Assembly: GCA_964576435.1 (NCBI GenBank)
Contig: CAZNUP010000001.1
Coordinates: 294,795-358,794, forward strand
DNA from: an uncultured Gammaproteobacteria bacterium
GTDB lineage: Bacteria; Patescibacteriota; Microgenomatia; JAMCZE01
Length of the DNA stretch: 64,000 bases
Direction: 5' to 3'
The notes under the pieces are model-generated. The model worked only from the letters and a program-made list of their open reading frames with translations, was not told where the DNA came from and searched no databases. Numbering within the stretch: the first letter of the stretch is position 1; every line of letters starts with the position of its first letter. Positions 56,846 through 64,000 of the stretch are shown here, piece after piece. Made by a program: the position numbers and the translations under genes.

Positions 56846-58260
56846 GATTTTAACCTTTTAAGTGTCTCATCTTTCCCAATGATTTGCATCACTTCCCAAA
56901 GCGGTGGGGTCTGAGATCTTCCTGTTGTAGCAAGTCTAAGGATCATAAAATACTCACCCACTTTAATATCTTCTGTTTGGCAAAAAGCTCTAGCATTTTC
57001 TTCTAAAATCTTTCCATCAAAATCCTTCTCTAGCGTTTCAATTGCATTATCTAGAACACGTTTGCTATCCGGATGTTCCTCGAATAAACTTTGGTCTATT
57101 TTTGGTGTAGTAAAAAAATACTCAGTTAATTCGTCAAAGTCTTTAAGAGTAACTAGTCTTTCCCTAACCAGGGGTAAAACTGTATCAATTTCTTGTTCAG
57201 TTCTTGAACTAAAGGTTTTCATTTTAGATACGAGTTCTTTTTGGTCTAGCTTTTTAATATATTGTTGGTTAAACCAATCAAGCTTTTGCGGGTTAAAAGT
57301 TGGGTTAGCTTTTTGAGCGCCATTTTGATCAAATGCCTCCACAAATTCGGGGAGACTAAATAACTCTCTATTGTCTTTAGGTGCCCAACCAAGAAGCATT
57401 AAGTAGTTTAAAATTGCCTCGTGGAGATACCCTTTATCCAGCCAGTTTCGAACTCCAAACATTGCCGTTAAATCTCTTTTGCTAAACTTTTTCTTGGTTC
57501 TTGGATCTAAAATTACAGTAAAGTGCCCAATTTCAGGTGGTTTTTGTCCTAGTCCTTCATATATATAGAGATGTATTGGTGTCGTTGAAATCCACTCCTG
57601 TCCACGAAGAACATGGGAGATCTTCATATCTAAATCGTCAACAACAACAGCTAAATGGTAGGTTGGAAACCCATCAGATTTAAGAATAATTAAATCTGAA
57701 ACTTCTTTTCCAGTGATTTTCACCCTTTTCTTTAAAATCCAATCGTCAAATTCAAATACTCGGTCTTCTGGGATCTTGATTCGAACTACATACGGTTCGC
57801 CTGATTCCATTCTCTTTTTTGCTTCAGAGGGGTCGGCGCTTCGGGCAGCTGGCCTTTCCTTAACCTCCTTAAGTCCCTCCTCCGTCTCATAAGCTTCTTT
57901 TATTTCTTCTTTCTCCCGAGCCTTAGCATCAAAGTCGTAATAGGCAAATCCCTTTTCCACGAGTTCATGTGCCGCCTTTTGATATTTAGGTAATCTTTCA
58001 GATTGTTTATATGGTGCATATGGCCCGCCAATATCTGGTCCCTCGTCCCAGAATATTCCGAAATCTTTTAGAGTGTCATAAATTGCCTGCTCAGTGTCGT
58101 CACGCGATCTTTTTTTGTCAGTATCTTCAATTCGAAGTAAAAACTGTCCATTATTTTTCTTAGCAAGTGCATAGTTCCAGAGTGCCCTTATGACAAATCC
58201 AAGATGTACGCTTTCTGGTGTCCCTGTGGGGGAGGGAGAAAATCTAGTTCGAACATTCAT
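56815..58260 (-). CDS. gltX: glutamate--tRNA ligase
   Basis: RTRFSPSPTG, HLG, LRIEDTD, PTYHLAVVVDD, HVLRG.EW, KFSKR. ATG 58260 preferred as start. Confidence 0.95.
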   Translation of the reverse strand: MNVRTRFSPSPTGTPESVHLGFVIRALWNYALAKKNNGQFLLRIEDTDKKRSRDDTEQAIYDTLKDFGIFWDEGPDIGGPYAPYKQSERLPKYQKAAHELVEKGFAYYDFDAKAREKEEIKEAYETEEGLKEVKERPAARSADPSEAKKRMESGEPYVVRIKIPEDRVFEFDDWILKKRVKITGKEVSDLIILKSDGFPTYHLAVVVDDLDMKISHVLRGQEWISTTPIHLYIYEGLGQKPPEIGHFTVILDPRTKKKFSKRDLTAMFGVRNWLDKGYLHEAILNYLMLLGWAPKDNRELFSLPEFVEAFDQNGAQKANPTFNPQKLDWFNQQYIKKLDQKELVSKMKTFSSRTEQEIDTVLPLVRERLVTLKDFDELTEYFFTTPKIDQSLFEEHPDSKRVLDNAIETLEKDFDGKILEENARAFCQTEDIKVGEYFMILRLATTGRSQTPPLWEVMQIIGKDETLKRLKSCLPEKKSQS

Positions 58261-58301
58261 ACGATTGAATTTTAGCACAGATAATTGCTATTCTAATACT
58301 G

Positions 58302-59384
58302 ATGGCAACTCTAACCGAGACGTCCTATTACGCAAGAAAAGGTGTAAACATTTTAATTATTGTAGTTGTCTTACTAATTGTAGCTAGAGTTTTATTTACC
58401 GCTGCCCTAGGAATTAAAGATCGTGTTTTCCCAACTCCGCCCCCTCCCGCCAATAACGCACTAGGTCAGCTCCCTTATCCAAATTTTGAAGGATCTTTTG
58501 CCACCCCTTCTGGGACAACTTACACAATTGAAACTGTTGATGGTACGTTGCCAGCTATGCCCGCAACCGTAAAAGTTTATAGTTTAGTTCCCGGTATCAA
58601 AGTTTCTTTTGGCACTCTTGACCGCATGAAACAGCAAGCGGCTTCAATGGGCTTTACTGGAGAGCCAACTAGAAAATCAGGTACTGTATACGTGTTCACA
58701 GATCCAACTAATTCCTTAAGAACTTTAGAAATTGATGAACTTAATGGAGATTTCCAAATTATCTACAACTACGCATCAAATACTGATGTGTTTAGCCAGA
58801 AAGACTTCAAATCAAAGGACCAAGTTGTAGGTATTGCCAGAGGATTTTTTGAAGACCAAGGTCTTATAACTGACGACCTGGCAACTGGTTCCGCTCAAGT
58901 TACCTACATGCGCCTTGATGGTCAAAACCTTGTTCCAACAACCTCTCTAGCTAATGCTGATGCTGTTTATGTAAGTTTTGAAAGAGCTCCAATTGACGCT
59001 ACTGAAATTTCAGAAGGAACACCTGTTGTTTACCCAAATGATCAAAAAGGCTTAGTTTCAGCACTTGTGACAGGTAACTCAAATTCCAAAGATGCTATCC
59101 TTGAAGCCCGGTACTATCATAGTAGTATTGATCCAAACGCCACAGGAACCTATAAACCCATAACCACAGCTGAAGCTTTCGAAATGCTCAAAAAAGGCCA
59201 AGCAATCTTTGGATCACTCCCTACACCAATGCCAGCTTCAATTCCAATCCGTTCAGTATCCCTCGGATATCTTGATCCATATCTTCCTCAAGGTTACCTT
59301 CAACCGGTGATAGTGTTCTCTGATGATAGGGGCTTCCTAGCCTATGTCCCTGCAATCACTCAAGATTGGTTTAGGAAAGATTAG
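58302..59384 (+). CDS. membrane-anchored hypothetical protein
   Basis: N-terminal TM, poly-Pro linker, large extracytoplasmic domain ending YLQPVIVF...AYVPAI. Confidence 0.8.
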   Translation: MATLTETSYYARKGVNILIIVVVLLIVARVLFTAALGIKDRVFPTPPPPANNALGQLPYPNFEGSFATPSGTTYTIETVDGTLPAMPATVKVYSLVPGIKVSFGTLDRMKQQAASMGFTGEPTRKSGTVYVFTDPTNSLRTLEIDELNGDFQIIYNYASNTDVFSQKDFKSKDQVVGIARGFFEDQGLITDDLATGSAQVTYMRLDGQNLVPTTSLANADAVYVSFERAPIDATEISEGTPVVYPNDQKGLVSALVTGNSNSKDAILEARYYHSSIDPNATGTYKPITTAEAFEMLKKGQAIFGSLPTPMPASIPIRSVSLGYLDPYLPQGYLQPVIVFSDDRGFLAYVPAITQDWFRKD

Positions 59385-60106
59385 TTTAGTTGTGTAGGAG
59401 TAGTCCCGTGAACTACCACACGGGTAGAATCTTGAGGTGCTATCTTATAAATTGCTCCCATATTGTCTGGAACTGGTGGATTTGTCCAAAAGAAGAGTGT
59501 TTTAGCATCTTCTGGTCTCATATTAATGCACCCATGAGATCTTGGTTTTCCAAAATCATTGTGCCAATAGGCGCCGTGGATTCCATAGCCATTATGGAAA
59601 TACTGGACATAAGGTACGTTTGGTAAATCGTAAAACGTTCCATCTGCAATTGAGCCTCCTGACATTCTTTGTGCCTTAACTTTAGCCCAAATTCTAAAAT
59701 CTCCAGTTACTGTTGGAAACCATGGCAGGCCCGAACTAATTGGAAATTCATAGACGGTTCTATCGCCTTCCTTAGCATAAAGTCTCTGAGTAGAAAGGTC
59801 AACATCTATCCATTTTTCAGATGTAGAATCTCCAAGCACGTTTCTAGGCTCATTAGTCATAAGAACTGCCAGAGATTTGTTTGGTAGTTCTACTTTTTTA
59901 TTGAACCAAACAGCACTGGAGGCGTTAGGATCAAATGATCCGTCTGAGAGTAAAACTCTTTCTACGAAGCTTTTGGAAGAAAGTTCATTTTTGGCAGGAG
60001 ATGCTGCAAAGGTTTTAGCTTTAGACCAAGCAGCAAGGTCATCTTTGAGTAAAAATACACTTAAAAGTGCAATAACAGCTAGTAGTACAGGCAGAAATCT
60101 ATGCAC
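59381..60106 (-). CDS. L,D-transpeptidase (YkuD family)
   Basis: IDVDLSTQRL, ISSG, IHGAYWH...SHGCIN; N-terminal signal/TM. Confidence 0.93.
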   Translation of the reverse strand: MHRFLPVLLAVIALLSVFLLKDDLAAWSKAKTFAASPAKNELSSKSFVERVLLSDGSFDPNASSAVWFNKKVELPNKSLAVLMTNEPRNVLGDSTSEKWIDVDLSTQRLYAKEGDRTVYEFPISSGLPWFPTVTGDFRIWAKVKAQRMSGGSIADGTFYDLPNVPYVQYFHNGYGIHGAYWHNDFGKPRSHGCINMRPEDAKTLFFWTNPPVPDNMGAIYKIAPQDSTRVVVHGTTPTQLN

Positions 60107-60237
60107 GTATACAGAATACCGGAATTTTCACAAACTCTGCAAGAGGGAACTTACTGGATCAACAAAAACTGTGTAGTTTTGTATTATGGTGACTTGTACT
60201 GGAACAATAAAAAAATAGAGAAAACAGTTCGAGTTAA

Positions 60238-60675
60238 TTATTTGATCCAGGGTGCAACTTGACGTCTGGAGGAAGGATTGGGTCCAGGCACTGAAAATAT
60301 AACTCTGTGAATACCTAAACCGCTAAGATCCTTTTTAGGTCCTGCAATAATTGCAAAACTTTGGTCATTTGGAATATGAACATGAGTGCCACCCCTTTTT
60401 TCTGTAAAAGTTTTTTTTCCAGCGGCACGATCTAATAAACCTACTTCTGAGTCTTTGGGTAATGCTCTATAAAGCGCCGTACCATCTTCTAAAACAGTAA
60501 CAACATGTCTATGGTGATTTTTAGTCCACCATTCGGGTGTCACATCATGATCACCTTCGTTTAATTCATACCAAGTTGCTTGGTTGCTTGCTATTGCTTC
60601 TTTTACAAGAATAGCTGGGTCTTTACCTTGGGTGAGTGGATACCCATTTTCAAACTCAACAACTGCTGTAGTCAT
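60238..60675 (-). CDS. hypothetical protein
   Basis: ORF in track; start moved to ATG 60675, 7 nt after TATAAT. Confidence 0.65.
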   Translation of the reverse strand: MTTAVVEFENGYPLTQGKDPAILVKEAIASNQATWYELNEGDHDVTPEWWTKNHHRHVVTVLEDGTALYRALPKDSEVGLLDRAAGKKTFTEKRGGTHVHIPNDQSFAIIAGPKKDLSGLGIHRVIFSVPGPNPSSRRQVAPWIK

Positions 60676-60841
60676 AATATATATTATAGGATAAATAATG
60701 TATTTTTGCAACTGGTTAATTTTACAAATATTAGCGAGAAGCTATAGCGTTTTTCAGCATTGTGGCGGATCTAAAAACTGGCTGGTTCGATATTCCGTCA
60801 AGACTTTAGCCTTAAAAATAGAATCATATTATTTAACTAAG

Positions 60842-60915
60842 TGCCGCCAGCGGGACTCGAACCCGCGATTTGTTGGATGAGAACCAACTGTCCTAGACCA
60901 CTAGACGATGGCGGC
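60842..60915 (-). tRNA. tRNA-Glu(CTC)
   Basis: GCCGCCA/TGGCGGC acceptor stem, GTTGG-TTCTCAT-CCAAC anticodon arm, GCGGG-TTCGAGT-CCCGC T arm; CCA not encoded. Confidence 0.95.
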
Positions 60916-60920
60916 AGATA

Positions 60921-60949
60921 TTGACAATTTTACCAAAAAATGCTATAAT
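60921..60949 (+). promoter_or_regulatory. consensus sigma70 promoter of greA
   Basis: TTGACA 60921-60926, 17 nt, TGC-TATAAT (-10 at 60944-60949). Confidence 0.9.
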
Positions 60950-60985
60950 TTGACTTACAAATCGAAGTTCGGAGCCTTAACGAAT

Positions 60986-61015
60986 CTTTCTGGCCAAACC
61001 AGGAAGTTTTTTTTT
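60986..61015 (+). terminator. intrinsic terminator within the greA 5' leader
   Basis: CTTTCTGG-CCAAA-CCAGGAAG (8 bp, one G-U) followed by T9. Confidence 0.8.
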
Positions 61016-61070
61016 GAATATATACAACTCCTTAGGTTTGTGATAATTTTCGTTAGTAAATTTTAATTGT

Positions 61071-61553
61071 ATGAAATCACAAGTAAAGAAATCAGATGTA
61101 CTTCTCACAGCTCAGGGTCAAATGGACCTCCAAAAAGAGCTCGATGAGATGAAGAAAGTGAAGTTGCCAGCCGTTATGGACAGGATCGCTAAGGCACGCG
61201 AAGAAGGCGATCTTTCGGAAAATAGTGCCTACCAATTCGGTAAACAGGAACAAGAATTCCTCGAGGGTAGAATCGACGAGCTTGAAGACGTTCTTAAAAA
61301 CGCCACTTTAGTTCAAACAGGTAACAAGACAGGTACAAAAGCCGTTGATATTGGCTGTAAAGTAACCGTTTCCATAAACGGCAAAAAACACTTATTTACT
61401 GTTGTAGGTGATTGGGAAGCAAATCCAGCTGAAAAGAAAATTTCCGGAAGTTCTCCTTTGGGTCAAGCCCTCATGGGAAAGAAAGTGGGAGATAAGACAG
61501 AAGTTTCCGCTCCTGCTGGGAAAGTCGTCTATACGGTTGTAGAAATCGAGTAA
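61071..61553 (+). CDS. greA: transcription elongation factor GreA
   Basis: AREEGDLSENSAY, IS..SPLGQALMGK..GD. Confidence 0.96.
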   Translation: MKSQVKKSDVLLTAQGQMDLQKELDEMKKVKLPAVMDRIAKAREEGDLSENSAYQFGKQEQEFLEGRIDELEDVLKNATLVQTGNKTGTKAVDIGCKVTVSINGKKHLFTVVGDWEANPAEKKISGSSPLGQALMGKKVGDKTEVSAPAGKVVYTVVEIE

Positions 61554-61597
61554 GAATAGTTCTTCAATTACACCTCCGAATCTAGTAGAATTCCTCT

Positions 61598-63040
61598 ATG
61601 GCTCAAGCAATCGATGAACTAATTGAAGTCAGGAAGACTAAACTTAAAAAACTCCAGGATATGGGAGTTAACCCCTATCCGTCAAAATATTCCAAAAAAA
61701 CAGTCTCAGTTTCCCATGCAAGAGAAAAAGAAGGTCAAGAAGTTGCAGTCAAAGGAAGGCTGATGGGGTGGCGTGAACACGGTAAGTTGATCTTTGCAGA
61801 TTTAAAAGACGAAACAGCCACTATTCAACTCTGGTTCCAAGGAAATAAGCTCGGCGACAAGTTTGATATCTTAAAACTACTAGACCAAGGCGATTTTCTT
61901 GGAGTCTCTGGTACTGTCACAAAGACTAAAGCCGGAGAAATAACTATAGATGTAAATTCTTTTGAGCTGCTATCCAAATCTCTTCGACCTCTCCCAAGCG
62001 AATGGTTTGGCATAAAAGATGAAGAAACTAGATATCGCCAAAGATATGTAGACATTCTTTTGGATGACAATTTAAAAGAATTGTTCAGAAAAAAGGCAAT
62101 CTTCTGGAACAGTATGCGTAAGTTTCTCCTAGACCAAGGTTTTATGGAAGTAGAAACCCCCGTTTTAGAATCAACTGCCGGTGGTGCCGATGCTAATCCA
62201 TTTTCCACTCACCATAACGCTTTGGATATTGATCTGTTTTTACGAATATCCATGGGTGAACTTTGGCAAAAAAGACTAATGGTGGCGGGTTTTGAAAAGA
62301 CTTTCGAAATTGGTAGACAATTCAGGAATGAAGGTATGAGTAGAGAACACCTTCAAGATTACACTCAAATGGAATTCTATTGGGCATATGCCGACTACGA
62401 AGAAGGTATGGATCTAGTCGAAGCCATGTATAAATCAGTTGCTGAGGAAACTTTTGGAAAGCTCCAGTTTGAAATTGGTGAACACAAAGTTGATTTAGGG
62501 GGTAAATGGGGAAAAATCGATTATGTTGAAACTGTTCTTAAAAATACCGGAGTAGATCTTTCAAAAGCAAGTAATGAAGAAATAAAATCTAAATTGAAAG
62601 AATTGAAAGTTAAATTTTCCGACAAAGATGATAGGGGAAGGTTAATGGATCTTCTGTGGAAAACTGTGAGAAAAGGTATTTCAGGGCCGGTATTTCTTGT
62701 AGGTCATCCAGTTGAAGTGTCACCTCTCGCTAAAAGAATTACAAATAGATCCGATTTCGTTGAGCGTTATCAAATAATTTTGGCCGGAAGTGAAATGGGT
62801 AATGGATATTCTGAGTTAAATGATCCAATTGACCAAGCAGAACGATTTGCAAAGCAACAGGAATTGAGAGATAAAGGTGACGAAGAAGCACAGATGCATG
62901 ATTTTGACTTCGTAAATGCTCTTGAATATGGCATGCCCCCAGTAACAGGCTTTGGTATTAGTGAGAGGCTATTTAGTTTCTTATCAAATCTTTCAATAAG
63001 AGAAGCCGTACTATTTCCACTCTTAAGGCCTGAAAAATAA
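61598..63040 (+). CDS. lysS: lysine--tRNA ligase (class II)
   Basis: RYRQRYVD, EVETP, GGADANPF, FRNEG, YGMPP..GFG. Confidence 0.97.
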   Translation: MAQAIDELIEVRKTKLKKLQDMGVNPYPSKYSKKTVSVSHAREKEGQEVAVKGRLMGWREHGKLIFADLKDETATIQLWFQGNKLGDKFDILKLLDQGDFLGVSGTVTKTKAGEITIDVNSFELLSKSLRPLPSEWFGIKDEETRYRQRYVDILLDDNLKELFRKKAIFWNSMRKFLLDQGFMEVETPVLESTAGGADANPFSTHHNALDIDLFLRISMGELWQKRLMVAGFEKTFEIGRQFRNEGMSREHLQDYTQMEFYWAYADYEEGMDLVEAMYKSVAEETFGKLQFEIGEHKVDLGGKWGKIDYVETVLKNTGVDLSKASNEEIKSKLKELKVKFSDKDDRGRLMDLLWKTVRKGISGPVFLVGHPVEVSPLAKRITNRSDFVERYQIILAGSEMGNGYSELNDPIDQAERFAKQQELRDKGDEEAQMHDFDFVNALEYGMPPVTGFGISERLFSFLSNLSIREAVLFPLLRPEK

Positions 63041-63057
63041 TCTGTTAAGATGTCACT

Positions 63058-63669
63058 ATGACTCACGACGAAGCAGTCAAGGCGCTAAACATCTTAGTTA
63101 AAAATGAAAACTTAAGACGTCATTGTCTTGCTGCAGGTGCCTGTATGAAAGCTCTGGGTGTTTATTTTAAAGAACACCATAAAGGTGGGTTTAATCTTTT
63201 TGGACTAGGTTCAAAAAATGAAATTAATCCAGATTCCTGGGAAACAGTTGGTCTTTTGCATGATGCAGACTACGAAAGAACTAAGGACCGCCCAATGGAG
63301 CATACAGTCATTGTTATAGATGAACTTCGCTCACAAGGATTGTCTTTAACGCCAGAAGAGGCTAGTGCTATTAAATTCCACAATTTTGAAAACACGAAAG
63401 AAAAGGAAAGCCTAATGGGATGGGCAATCTATTGTTGCGATGAGTTAACGGGTTTAATTGTTGCCTGCACATTAGTTAGACCAGAAAAAAAGATTTCTTC
63501 AGTAACGCCTGAATTTGTACTTCAAAAGTATAAAGAAACAGGATTTGCTAAAGGGGCTCTTAGAGATCGGATTGCTCAGTGTGAGCCAAAGCTTGGAATA
63601 AAACTTGATGAATTTGTTGTAATTTGTCTAAAAGCCATGCAGGATATTGCTCCTGAACTAGGCTTGTGA
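63058..63669 (+). CDS. HD-domain (HDIG-like) phosphohydrolase
   Basis: RHC, GLLHDADY, EH, FH, DELTG. Confidence 0.88.
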   Translation: MTHDEAVKALNILVKNENLRRHCLAAGACMKALGVYFKEHHKGGFNLFGLGSKNEINPDSWETVGLLHDADYERTKDRPMEHTVIVIDELRSQGLSLTPEEASAIKFHNFENTKEKESLMGWAIYCCDELTGLIVACTLVRPEKKISSVTPEFVLQKYKETGFAKGALRDRIAQCEPKLGIKLDEFVVICLKAMQDIAPELGL

Positions 63670-63687
63670 TATTATCGGTTTAATAAA

Positions 63688-63809
63688 CAAAGCGTTTGAG
63701 TCTGACTTTCCACCAGGCGAGCTTTGAGAGGTTGAGAAGCAAATTAGGTGGCACCACGGTAACACCGTCCTAATGTATACTAATAATAGTGTAGTAAAGG
63801 ACGGTTTTT
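63688..63809 (+). ncRNA. T-box riboswitch (Ser) leader of serS, minimal architecture
   Basis: Antiterminator ATTAGG-TGGCACC-ACGGT-AAC-ACCGT-CCTAAT (63743-63774); competing terminator ACCGTCCT...AGGACGGT plus T tract; short Stem I with TCC in the loop. Confidence 0.88.
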
Positions 63810-63811
63810 AT

Positions 63812-64000
63812 ATGTTAGACATCAAATATATTAGGGAAAATCCCGAAGAGCTTAAACAAAACATTTTAAATAGACACTTAGATCCAAAAAAATGTGATGT
63901 CGACAGGCTTCTTCTCCTAGATGCCAGAAAAGTTCAATTGGAAATGGAGCTAGATAAGCTTAGGGAAGCTAGAAACAAACTGGCTGATCAACTTAAAGAT
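63812..64000 (+). CDS. serS: serine--tRNA ligase (partial, runs off the window end)
   Basis: Manual translation MLDIKYIRENPEELKQNILNR...LLLLDARK...LREARNKLA, the typical SerRS N-terminal coiled coil. Confidence 0.9.
   Translation, partial: MLDIKYIRENPEELKQNILNRHLDPKKCDVDRLLLLDARKVQLEMELDKLREARNKLADQLKD

Noticed and set aside
58272-58298. TTAGCACAG resembling a CIRCE left arm between gltX and the 58302 gene
   Set aside because: No matching right arm at 9-nt spacing; the TAGCA/TGCTA symmetry is explained by two divergent extended -10 boxes.
60101-60262. 53-codon plus-strand ORF (MHVYRIPEF...) between the L,D-transpeptidase and the 60238 gene
   Set aside because: Overlaps both neighbours and the transpeptidase promoter; no start signal or motif.

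Overview
AT-rich, densely packed bacterial chromosome segment (TGA used as stop, so standard code). The short IF2, the stripped nusA-infB-rpsO-pnp block and many membrane-anchored hypothetical proteins point to a reduced Patescibacteria/CPR genome, probably Microgenomates-like; this is an inference. Housekeeping content: pnp, rpsO, infB, nusA, hrcA-grpE-dnaK-dnaJ, groES-groEL, hup, nrnA, miaA, lon, gltX, greA, lysS, the start of serS, tRNA-Gln(CTG) and tRNA-Glu(CTC). Most notable: (1) a 14-kb co-directional locus (33.5-47.5 kb) running from an Xis-like HTH gene through a 1523-aa GT2/GT2-synthase/flippase/GT4 fusion, a GT2-GT4 fusion, a deacetylase-acetyltransferase fusion, two GT-C-like membrane proteins and a glycoside hydrolase to an LAATG-tagged Ser/Gly-rich protein and a sortase; (2) a minimal serS T-box riboswitch with an ultra-short Stem I and a UCC specifier; (3) three CIRCE operators (hrcA, groES, lon); (4) leader terminators before nusA and greA; (5) many genes with a -10 box exactly 6 nt before the start codon, suggesting leaderless mRNAs; (6) three ABC-2 permease pairs with one ATPase; (7) an FMN-binding protein/ApbE/RnfD-FNR flavinylation module. 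No CRISPR array, rRNA, transposase or integrase was seen. Protein calls come from motif recognition by eye, not database searches.
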